Shown one piece after another: positions 9,379-16,902 of a stretch of 46,934 nt of DNA. The position numbers and the translations under genes were made by a program. How positions within the stretch are numbered: the first letter of the stretch is position 1; the number at the start of each line of letters is the position of its first letter. The notes beneath the pieces were generated by a model. It did not search any database. It was not told the DNA's origin and saw only the letters and a program-made list of their open reading frames with translations. The stretch is from positions 1 to 46,934 of IMG/VR virus record IMGVR_UViG_3300017965_000001; one strand, given 5' to 3'. Source of the DNA: a virus (taxonomy: Duplodnaviria > Caudoviricetes).

Positions 9379-9773
9379 AAACTCGAGAAGTTAGCCTCTA
9401 GCGCAAACCCAAACCAGTGGAGCATCACGTCGTAGCGCCCAGCGAAGTGCTCTTCGAACACGTCGAAGAGCTTCGGCGCGTGCTCATGGTCGATATGCAC
9501 AACGGTAAATCGTGCGAGCTCGTCGCTTACGGCGGCGAACTCGGCTTCGGTGATGCGCTGCGACAGCTCGCGAATGGCATCGGATGCGCCGGACGCGAGC
9601 GACACAGTCAGATCGCCCTTGGCGTGCAGCGTGCCTTCGATGAATCCGGCCGTGGCGGGGCCCATAAGCCGCACGAGCCGCACGAGCATCGCACGTCCCT
9701 GCTTCGCGCCGAGCAGAGTCACCTCGTAGCGATGGCCGCCTATCACCTTGTCTTTGACCGCGCGGGTCGCCAT
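9240..9773 (-). CDS. Tail assembly chaperone (gpG-like)
   Basis: Between tube and tape measure; FEEHFAGRY..ALEANFSSFF ends at the slippery site. Confidence 0.8.
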   Translation of the reverse strand: MATRAVKDKVIGGHRYEVTLLGAKQGRAMLVRLVRLMGPATAGFIEGTLHAKGDLTVSLASGASDAIRELSQRITEAEFAAVSDELARFTVVHIDHEHAPKLFDVFEEHFAGRYDVMLHWFGFALEANFSSFFAGTASGKSTLAERLKGLMSLLAPSPPGSIGTSTESQPAPTTTAA

Positions 9774-9776
9774 CCG

Positions 9777-10214
9777 TTAGCGCCCCCCGAAGAATGAGGT
9801 GCGGGCGTCGGCTAGGTCGATTTTCCATTCGTAGACTTGAACGGTTTTGCCGATCTTGATGGCCGGCGGCGCGACGATCCATGCGCGCGCACTGGTGACG
9901 AGCAAGCGTCCGGAGAGGTCGCGCGCGAGAAACACGCCGGCCGCAGCGCCGTTTAGCACGGCTATATCGGCCGTGAGCATGGCGCTCAAGCGGTCGTTGG
10001 CATCGGCCGTCTGCGCATACTTGAGAGTCGCGGTCGCTGAGAAGTTGTTCGTCCGCGTTCTGGTGACCTCACCGTCGGCGCCGACGTATTTCGCGAACCA
10101 ATCTTCTGTCCAGTCGATTGTGAGCACTTCGTCTTCGGCGTAGCCGCCGCCATCCAATGGCACGGCATTCAAGCTGAGTGCGAGTTCGTTGATGTTCCAG
10201 GCTTTGAAACCCAT
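9777..10214 (-). CDS. Tail tube protein (DUF3277-like)
   Basis: 145 aa after the sheath; VGADGEV, ATLKYAQT..ANDRLS, AWIVAPP. Confidence 0.8.
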   Translation of the reverse strand: MGFKAWNINELALSLNAVPLDGGGYAEDEVLTIDWTEDWFAKYVGADGEVTRTRTNNFSATATLKYAQTADANDRLSAMLTADIAVLNGAAAGVFLARDLSGRLLVTSARAWIVAPPAIKIGKTVQVYEWKIDLADARTSFFGGR

Positions 10215-10249
10215 GTGAGTGGCTCCTATTGGCTGCTAACTGTTGGGTC

Positions 10250-11560
10250 CTAGACCTGAACGAGCCCGACAACGCGGACTTGGTGGATAGCGCCAGAGAG
10301 CGCGTACGTGTAACGCATGTCCGGCAGGATGCGCTGAGTCTTGAGCGCGGGGTCGATGGCAGTCAGCGCCGGCGCGGTCACGCTGTAGGGCTGCTGGCCG
10401 TCGATGATGCCGAGCGCGATGCCGTCGAGGATTTGTCCGTTGATTTGCGAGCGCACGAGCTCGATGCCGCTCTCGGTATACGGCACGACGTCGTTGTTGC
10501 GCAGCAAGGACACAATCCGGTCCTCGATGTTGACGTCGAACCAATCGATCGCGACGGTGACGTCGAGAAAGCGCCCGCTCGCCGCCCATCCCCACAGCGT
10601 GAAGCCTAAGCCCTTGATGTTGACGTAACAGTTCGCGTGCTTGGCTTTGAGTGACAGCCGCTGCGTCGCGTTGGGATTCTGCATCGTCACGGCCGCCAAG
10701 CCCTTATTGGCGAACGTGATGGGTCCTGGGAGCTTTGGCAGGATGGCGCCGACGACAGCCGCGTCGAGATACTCTGAGGGATTCGGGTGGTACCAGATAG
10801 ACGAGCGCGTCATTGACTGCGACTGCAGCACGCTCGCGATGTCCGTGGTCGCCGACGTCGGGATGGCGCTGTCAGAGCTCGCCGCTAGATAGATGGCGCG
10901 CTCGAGCTGGGTCCAAGCCGCGGCGCTCGAGATGGCGGCCGTGCTGGGAGTGAGCAGAAGCAGCGCATACCAATCGCCATCGGCCGCGCGGATAGCGGCG
11001 AGGTCCACGGCCGGCAGCACGGTAGGTGCGAGCGTCGTGTCGGCGTAGACGATGTTGGGCGAGACGTTCGATATCGAGTGCGTGACGTTGGCCGTGTCGC
11101 TCGTGACGACGACGTTCGACGTACCGGTGGCCGTCACGTCGGTAATCGCGTTGATGGCCGTGATGAGCTGCGCGGACACTTCCGCGGCGGTGGCCGGTGG
11201 CGAGGCGACGATGTCGACGACGATGCCGTCGATGGTCACGGTGTAGTGTTGGTTGGGCGCAGTGGGCGCCGCCGGGGTGAGCGTGAACGTCTGCGTAAAG
11301 CCGCCGGTGAGCCGGCCGACCTTGTACGATGGCGGGCTCGGCGACTGCGACTTGAGCTGCTTCGCGGCGAGGTAGAGCGCGCTCGACTGCGGCACGTTGT
11401 AAGGCGGCAGCGTGAGCTCGTCGGCGGTGTTGAAAGTCCGCACGAGCTCGGGCCAGTAGGAGTGATTGACGGCGATGAGCGCGATGCCGAAACCAAAGCG
11501 CGTCACGGTAGCGTCGGCGACTACGACAGTGTGTTGGATGACTTCGATTTCAGTTCCCAC
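10250..11560 (-). CDS. Contractile tail sheath protein (DUF3383-like)
   Basis: GFGIAL, PGPITFANKGL, SGRFLDVTVAIDW, VPYTESGI, LSGAIHQV. Confidence 0.88.
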   Translation of the reverse strand: MGTEIEVIQHTVVVADATVTRFGFGIALIAVNHSYWPELVRTFNTADELTLPPYNVPQSSALYLAAKQLKSQSPSPPSYKVGRLTGGFTQTFTLTPAAPTAPNQHYTVTIDGIVVDIVASPPATAAEVSAQLITAINAITDVTATGTSNVVVTSDTANVTHSISNVSPNIVYADTTLAPTVLPAVDLAAIRAADGDWYALLLLTPSTAAISSAAAWTQLERAIYLAASSDSAIPTSATTDIASVLQSQSMTRSSIWYHPNPSEYLDAAVVGAILPKLPGPITFANKGLAAVTMQNPNATQRLSLKAKHANCYVNIKGLGFTLWGWAASGRFLDVTVAIDWFDVNIEDRIVSLLRNNDVVPYTESGIELVRSQINGQILDGIALGIIDGQQPYSVTAPALTAIDPALKTQRILPDMRYTYALSGAIHQVRVVGLVQV

Positions 11561-11563
11561 GTT

Positions 11564-12163
11564 TCACCTATCTATTTGTCTTTCGGGGACCTGCACGACG
11601 TCGACATCGCCGCCGAATGGGGTGTTGACGGTGCCGGCGACGCGCACGTGTTCGATGGTGCCGATGGTTTCCGGCACGAGCGCTTCGCCGCACTCGCACA
11701 TGGTGTCGAACGTGTAGAGGAATCGAACGTCGAGGCTCCCGGCCGACTCCTTCCGGAAGTCGAAAAACCGCAGGAGGTCGACGAGTATGCCGGGGCCTTC
11801 GAGCCCCACATTCAGCTTGGCGAAGAGCGATTGCGTGCTCGGCAGGTAGAGCGAGTCGCGGATGCGCTCGAGATACCGAAACGCGCGCCCCCACGGAGTG
11901 CCGTCGCGGGTCTGCACGATGATGTTCAAGGTGATGGCGCGGTTGCCGACGATGCGCACTTGGGCGTCTTGGTCGGGCCCCTGCGACACGAGCCGCACTT
12001 CGTCATTCGTGACCGGAGCATTCGCGCCGAGCAGGTTGAGGCGAGCGCACGGCCGGGTGAGCATGCCTTCGGGCTCGCCGGTCCAAACGACATCGGCGCA
12101 CGGGATGTGCGACGTCGAAGCGACCCAGCTGCGCATGCTGTCGGCGAAGACTTGCCAATCCAC
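11564..12163 (-). CDS. Tail terminator / neck protein
   Basis: Position upstream of the sheath and size; sequence support is weak. Confidence 0.6.
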   Translation of the reverse strand: MDWQVFADSMRSWVASTSHIPCADVVWTGEPEGMLTRPCARLNLLGANAPVTNDEVRLVSQGPDQDAQVRIVGNRAITLNIIVQTRDGTPWGRAFRYLERIRDSLYLPSTQSLFAKLNVGLEGPGILVDLLRFFDFRKESAGSLDVRFLYTFDTMCECGEALVPETIGTIEHVRVAGTVNTPFGGDVDVVQVPERQIDR

Positions 12164-12164
12164 G

Positions 12165-12623
12165 CTACTTACCCAGCTCCCATGTGATGGAGTTGATAAG
12201 CGTGCCGTGCTCGACGAGCGGCGTCGTGATGCCGCCCTTTTGCGCGATGCGCGCAGCGGTGAGCGGCGGCGGGATGTGCGCGAGGATGCGGTCCTTGATG
12301 ATGTCGACGGCGTATTCGCCCGTGACGCCGAGCGCGGCGGCTTCGGTGATTTCGCCTAACAGCACCCGCTGGCCGAGCTTCGCCAGCATGTCGGTGAGCG
12401 GCTTTTGGTTGTCGTCGACGCCGGCGCGAATGAACGAGCGCTCCGGCACGCCTAGGCCGAACTCATGGATCGTTCCCAGCTCGACGTTCGACAAGCCGTC
12501 TGCGCCATGCTGCGCGGAGCCCTTGGCGCCTTGAATACCGACGAGCACGTGAGGCCCGCTGCCGAGCTTCTTCACGGCCGTCTCAAGCTTCTTCCACCCC
12601 TTGTCTTTGTCGATGACGGTCAA
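12165..12623 (-). CDS. Neck / tail completion protein
   Basis: VLVGI, IHEFG..VPERSFIR, PPL..I..KG..PLVEHGTLINSITW. Confidence 0.8.
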   Translation of the reverse strand: MTVIDKDKGWKKLETAVKKLGSGPHVLVGIQGAKGSAQHGADGLSNVELGTIHEFGLGVPERSFIRAGVDDNQKPLTDMLAKLGQRVLLGEITEAAALGVTGEYAVDIIKDRILAHIPPPLTAARIAQKGGITTPLVEHGTLINSITWELGK

Positions 12624-12626
12624 GGG

Positions 12627-12974
12627 TCACAGCACCATGCCGAGGGGGTTGTAGCTGCGGTCGATTTCCATGCGGCGCCGCTCGTAGATGGACCGCGCGC
12701 CGTCTGGTTCTTTGCTCGGGTCCAAGCGCGCAAACTCACCGGCCGGCGTGAGCACGAGTAGCTCTGCGGTGAGGTATTTAACGCGCATGTCGCGAGCGGT
12801 GTCGACGTAGACGAAGCTGCCGAGCGTGACGCCGTCGGGCCTTTGGATGGGGTTGGCGCCGGAGTAGGACGCCGCGGTGAGCGCTTCGGCGTCGTCGAGC
12901 TTGGCTTGAACGAGCGGATACGCGCAGCGCGCGAACTCCGGGAACTCGACCAAGATTTGCTCGACGGTCACCAT
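12627..12974 (-). CDS. Head-tail adaptor (DUF4054-like)
   Basis: FPEF N-terminal motif, YLTAELL; synteny. Confidence 0.7.
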   Translation of the reverse strand: MVTVEQILVEFPEFARCAYPLVQAKLDDAEALTAASYSGANPIQRPDGVTLGSFVYVDTARDMRVKYLTAELLVLTPAGEFARLDPSKEPDGARSIYERRRMEIDRSYNPLGMVL

Positions 12975-12977
12975 GCG

Positions 12978-13229
12978 CTAGGCCTTCGTGACAGTCTTTG
13001 CGGCTGCTCTGAGCGCACCGCCTTCCGGCGGCGGCGGCTCCGGCGGCGTGAAGACAAGCTCGCCGATGTCGACGAACGGCTTAAAAGGCCCGGCGAGCGT
13101 GGCGTTGACGCGGTCGAGCTCGGCCGCTGGAATCGCCACGACCGCGAGGGGGTCGAAGCGTACGAGGCCGTTGCTGCCCTGTATCCAGAAGATACGCGCC
13201 GAGTTGTTCGTGATGGTGGGGTCTGCCAT
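12978..13229 (-). CDS. Small hypothetical virion-associated protein
   Basis: 83-aa ORF tightly packed between capsid and adaptor. Confidence 0.6.
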   Translation of the reverse strand: MADPTITNNSARIFWIQGSNGLVRFDPLAVVAIPAAELDRVNATLAGPFKPFVDIGELVFTPPEPPPPEGGALRAAAKTVTKA

Positions 13230-13287
13230 GTGCTTGTGTCCTGTGCCGTGTGTGCCGTGTGATGCGTGTTAGGCGAGCGTGAGACGG

Positions 13288-14358
13288 CTAGATGCCGTCC
13301 ATGTAGACGGCCGACAGCGGATACTCCCAAGCGACGCCGCCTGCTCGAGCCCAGCTCTCGACGCTGAGTGCGAGGTTTTTTGCCTGGGGCGGCAACTCGC
13401 GCGGCGGCATGGTGAGCTCGAGATGCACGTACCGCGCGTCTCGGCGATACCAGATGCCACGCGGGCCTGTGCCGGCGGCGTCCGCTTTGTCGAGCGGCAG
13501 CCACCAATCGACGCTCGTGACGAAGGCCGTGCGCGCCAGATAGACGCTCAGAATGGTGTCAGTGGGGTCAGACCCAGCGCCCGTGTAGAGCGGCGTGTTC
13601 TGGATGTAGCGGAACTCGCTTAGTGGAAGAATCAGCGTATCGGGCGACTCGACACCGTTGGTGGCTGCGAGGATAGAGTCCTCTGCAGCCATCAGGTCCT
13701 TGAGCACGTCGTCTGGTGTCTTCGTGCCCGTGCCCCACTGCGACGTCGCGCCGACGACAGCGGCTGCGATGATGGGCACGTTGGGGTGGTTGACGAGCCC
13801 CTTGATGTTCGTGCCGGTTTGTCCGGTCGCGGCGAGTTTCTCGAGCCGACGCTCGAAGCCGACGCGGACCGCTTCTGCTTCTTTGTTCTGGTAGTCGACG
13901 CCGGCCATAGCGGCGCGCTCGATGTCGAGCACGGAGTAGTCGTAGCCGAGCGCATAGGTGGCGATGTCGTAGCTCTGCTTTTTCGCAGTGACTGCGACGC
14001 GGCGAATGTCGTCGGCGAAGTTTGCGACGATCTCGGCCATGCCGAGCGAATCCCACATGCGGTAAGACCATGTCTCTGCGCCCGGTGGCGCTTCTGAGCT
14101 CACCGGCACGAACTGCCTCCACTTGAGTGTGGTGCTGTGCACTTCGCGCAGGCGTGCACTGATAAACTCTAGGTCTCGCCCGAAGAGCGCTGTCTCATTC
14201 GCGTCTAGGCGGTCGATGCCGTGGACGGATGCGCGCGTGTGGGCGATGGCGCGCACGACTTGAGCGAACTCGGTCGCGTCGAAGCGCTTGCCTAGTTGAG
14301 CGAGCTGGTCTTCGAGTCCACGCCAGTCGAGCCTATCGAGAATGTGTTGAGCGGGCAT
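13288..14358 (-). CDS. Major capsid protein (DUF2184-like, HK97 fold)
   Basis: DA..LFGRDLEFI, GAETWSYRMWD..GMA, GYDYSVLDI, KGLVNHPNV, PDTLILP, RAGGVAWEYP..YMDGI. Confidence 0.9.
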   Translation of the reverse strand: MPAQHILDRLDWRGLEDQLAQLGKRFDATEFAQVVRAIAHTRASVHGIDRLDANETALFGRDLEFISARLREVHSTTLKWRQFVPVSSEAPPGAETWSYRMWDSLGMAEIVANFADDIRRVAVTAKKQSYDIATYALGYDYSVLDIERAAMAGVDYQNKEAEAVRVGFERRLEKLAATGQTGTNIKGLVNHPNVPIIAAAVVGATSQWGTGTKTPDDVLKDLMAAEDSILAATNGVESPDTLILPLSEFRYIQNTPLYTGAGSDPTDTILSVYLARTAFVTSVDWWLPLDKADAAGTGPRGIWYRRDARYVHLELTMPPRELPPQAKNLALSVESWARAGGVAWEYPLSAVYMDGI

Positions 14359-14391
14359 GTCCTTAGCTTTCGGCGGCGGCGCGTTGGCGCG

Positions 14392-14877
14392 TTACAGGTT
14401 GATTTCGACGATGGCGACGCCGCCGGCAGCGGCGCCGACGATCACATTGAGGTATGGCGCTGCGACGGCGTTGCCGGCGTCGGAGTCGCCGCGAAGCTCG
14501 CCGAGCAGGGTGCCGGCGCCGACGACTGCGAAGCGGACGAAGGGGACTGTGTGCGCGGTGAGTGCGGTCGCGGAGACGATTGCAATCCGCCCCTTGCGCA
14601 TGACGGGCAAGCTGGCGCCGACGCGGTATGGCGGCTCCGGATAGGTGTGGTCCCACAGCGTGATGCCGGCGACGCCGATGGTCGTGGTGACTTCGCCCGT
14701 GGTAGCGGGTGCCCTAACTGAATGGGGGTCTCGACCGGCGGCGGTGTCGAAGACGACCACGACGCCGACGTTGACGACCGCTGCGGACGCTAGGCCAGTA
14801 GCGATGGCGCTAGGCCAGTTTTCAATGCGTTGCCCGTGGACGCCGATCGGCTCCGGATACGGGTAGGTGAGCTGCAT
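14392..14877 (-). CDS. Capsid decoration / cement protein
   Basis: 161-aa beta-rich ORF between protease and capsid; VMRKGRI, VAIVEINL. Confidence 0.7.
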   Translation of the reverse strand: MQLTYPYPEPIGVHGQRIENWPSAIATGLASAAVVNVGVVVVFDTAAGRDPHSVRAPATTGEVTTTIGVAGITLWDHTYPEPPYRVGASLPVMRKGRIAIVSATALTAHTVPFVRFAVVGAGTLLGELRGDSDAGNAVAAPYLNVIVGAAAGGVAIVEINL

Positions 14878-14919
14878 GGTGGTTGTGTCCTTTTCTTCGT
14901 CCGCAGTGCGTTGTGCCGG

Positions 14920-16122
14920 CTATTTTTTGCGGGAGACCGCGAGCGGTTGGCGCCATGGTGGCGTCTGGTATTCGCGCTTGAGCGGCTCGACGCCGTCTGC
15001 GCGGCGACCGTCCAGAATCGCGCGCACGTCGTTGTCTGCGTTGCCACCGTCGAAGTGCGGCGCCGGGTCGGCGCTGCGCGGGGTATGTTTCTTCTGCGCG
15101 GCGAGCCACGGGTCGACCGTCAAGTCGAAGAGAGCGTCGACGTAGCTATCTGAGCGGTCCGACAGCTTGCCCCCGGTTTTCATCTTCTCGAGGGCGAGCT
15201 CTTTGATTTCGCGCGGCGTCTTGCCGTCGAGCTTCACTTCGCGGCCGAGCACAGGGCGGGCCCGCTCGAGCAAGTCGAGCCGCTCGCGCAGCTCGGTCTC
15301 GAAGCGCTTCGGGTCGGCGGCGTGCGCGAGCTGGGTCTTGGTCGCGTCGAGCTCGGCGTTCTGCGTGTCGAAGCGTTTTTGCAGGTCGGCGAGCTTCGCC
15401 GCGGCATCGCGCACCGCGGTGTCACGCGCGTCGAGCGTGCGTTGCATGACTTGCGCGGCAGTCGGCGAGACTTGCGCTTCGATGCCGTCGATGCGGATGG
15501 TAACCAGATCCATGTTGCTGTCTTTCCTGGGCTCGTCGGTGAGCACTGCTCGCGCGGCGCCTTCGCCGAGCGCAAAGTCGTCGGGCGCCTTGCTGTCGAG
15601 TCGCAGCGCGACTTCGGCGCCGGCGCGCCCCCAATTGCGCGGACCAAGCCCGACGTGGTTGTAAACGATGTTGGTCTGCTCGGCGTCGTAGCGCTCGCCG
15701 TTGAAGGTGCCGCCGCCGTGCTTCAAGTCGCACGTGTAGCCGCAGCTGACTTCGGTCCGGTCACCGGCTTCGATGGCCGCAATCATCCCGGCGTCTGTGA
15801 TGACGAGCTGCGCTTCGACGAACTTGCCGGCGTCTGCGCGAGCCGAAGCGCCGGAGACGTGTCCGACGGCGAGCTGTTTCGCGTTGGTGGGCGACAGCAT
15901 GTCGCGCGGATGCAGGTCGGTGACGGGCGCATCGGCGAGCGTCGCGAGCGAGTCGGCCGCGAACACGCTGTCGGGTCGCCGCAGTTCGCGTACGACCGTG
16001 CCGTCGGCGCGGTGGTAGGTGAGCACGCCGGTGCGGGTGACGCGCGCCGGAGCCCGCAGAAAGCCCTGAGACGTCTTTTTGACGTTGCCGAGCCGGGCTG
16101 CATCGTAGCGCGTGACTGTCAC
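14920..16122 (-). CDS. DUF2213 prohead protease / scaffold
   Basis: GFL..ARVTRTGVLTY, ELRRPDSVF..SLATL..PVTDLHP, EVSCGY, YDAEQTNIVYNHVGL..GRAG; coiled-coil C-terminus. Start is GTG at 16122 or 16140. Confidence 0.88.
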   Translation of the reverse strand: MTVTRYDAARLGNVKKTSQGFLRAPARVTRTGVLTYHRADGTVVRELRRPDSVFAADSLATLADAPVTDLHPRDMLSPTNAKQLAVGHVSGASARADAGKFVEAQLVITDAGMIAAIEAGDRTEVSCGYTCDLKHGGGTFNGERYDAEQTNIVYNHVGLGPRNWGRAGAEVALRLDSKAPDDFALGEGAARAVLTDEPRKDSNMDLVTIRIDGIEAQVSPTAAQVMQRTLDARDTAVRDAAAKLADLQKRFDTQNAELDATKTQLAHAADPKRFETELRERLDLLERARPVLGREVKLDGKTPREIKELALEKMKTGGKLSDRSDSYVDALFDLTVDPWLAAQKKHTPRSADPAPHFDGGNADNDVRAILDGRRADGVEPLKREYQTPPWRQPLAVSRKK

Positions 16123-16156
16123 GCGCTCGCGTAACGGCACGCTGCTCGGTTGTCAA
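16123..16156 (-). promoter_or_regulatory. Repeated promoter-like element upstream of the DUF2213 gene
   Basis: TTGACA-17 nt-TACGCG-5 nt-GTG. Confidence 0.6.
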
Positions 16157-16196
16157 GAGCACCGATGGATCGGTGCACCGGTCGACCGCCGCACCG
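16157..16196. repeat. 8-bp repeat array B1
   Basis: gagcaccg atggatcg gtgcaccg gtcgaccg ccgcaccg, abutting the TTGACA. Confidence 0.7.
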
Positions 16197-16338
16197 CTAG
16201 CAACCTACCCGCTAGCCCCCAAATACGGCCGGGATGTCGAGCGGTCGGTCGCCCCGGGGGCCCGCGCAACCCGTAAGCGCGGCTTACAGGTTCCCGCCCC
16301 CCCCGGGCGAGCGCCCGGCCCGGCGGGTCGGTTGCCAG
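16197..16338. other. Long imperfect inverted repeat / stem-loop
   Basis: Nested pairings: 16197-16212 with 16323-16338 (14/16), 16227-16233 with 16314-16320, 16249-16260 with 16300-16310, and apical gtaagc-gcg-gcttac. Confidence 0.65.
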
Positions 16339-16393
16339 ATGCGCCGATGCACCGGTCAACCAGAGCACCGAAGCACCGGTGCACTTATCCACA
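16339..16393. repeat. 8-bp repeat array B2 ending in a perfect DnaA-box sequence
   Basis: atgcgccg atgcaccg gtcaacca gagcaccg aagcaccg gtgcactt; TTATCCACA at 16385-16393. Confidence 0.75.
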
Positions 16394-16495
16394 CATTGCA
16401 CACAGCCGACCTGCACACCGTTTTGCGTGCGCGACCGTGTTGACCGCGCTAGAGCCCGGACGCTATAGCTTGCAGCACACAGGAGGCGTTAGGCC

Positions 16496-16891
16496 ATGTC
16501 GTTATGGATCGTGTCAGAGGACGCAACACCGTATACCGCGCTCGAGAGCCCGACTGCGGAGCTGGCGCTTGCCGAAGCGCTCGCGCGGGTCGACGTGGAT
16601 TCGCAGCGAGCGCGCAGCTATTCGACCTGGCTGCTCGAAGTGTCGGTCGTGTGCGAGTCGAGCGGCGAAGCGGGCTCGGCGTATGTGGAAGTACCGCCGC
16701 GCGAGCCGCTGTGCCCGACTCACGGCGTACATGCGTGGTTGCCGGTGCTCGCCGGCAGCGGCGTGCAGGTCGAATCGTGCAAGCGTTGCGCGTGCGTGCG
16801 CGAGCTTGACGAGCGGGCCATGGGCCCCGGTGGCCAGCGCTACACGCGTGTGACGTACCGCGCCGCAACGCCGCCGACGGGCTATCAGTGA
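16496..16891 (+). CDS. Hypothetical Cys/His-containing protein, antisense to the head operon
   Basis: AGGAGG RBS; TTGACC-18-TATAGC at 16440-16469; CPTHGVH and CKRCAC motifs; fills the gap between MuF and DUF2213. Confidence 0.7.
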   Translation: MSLWIVSEDATPYTALESPTAELALAEALARVDVDSQRARSYSTWLLEVSVVCESSGEAGSAYVEVPPREPLCPTHGVHAWLPVLAGSGVQVESCKRCACVRELDERAMGPGGQRYTRVTYRAATPPTGYQ

Positions 16892-16902
16892 GCGGCAGGG
16901 TG

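Noticed and set aside
13288-14358. Encapsulin or bacteriocin, or the tail genes as a tailocin/eCIS
   Set aside because: Portal, terminases, protease and neck genes show this is a true phage capsid and tail.
16197-16338. N15-like telomere resolution site
   Set aside because: The palindrome is imperfect and GC-rich, and no protelomerase gene is seen.
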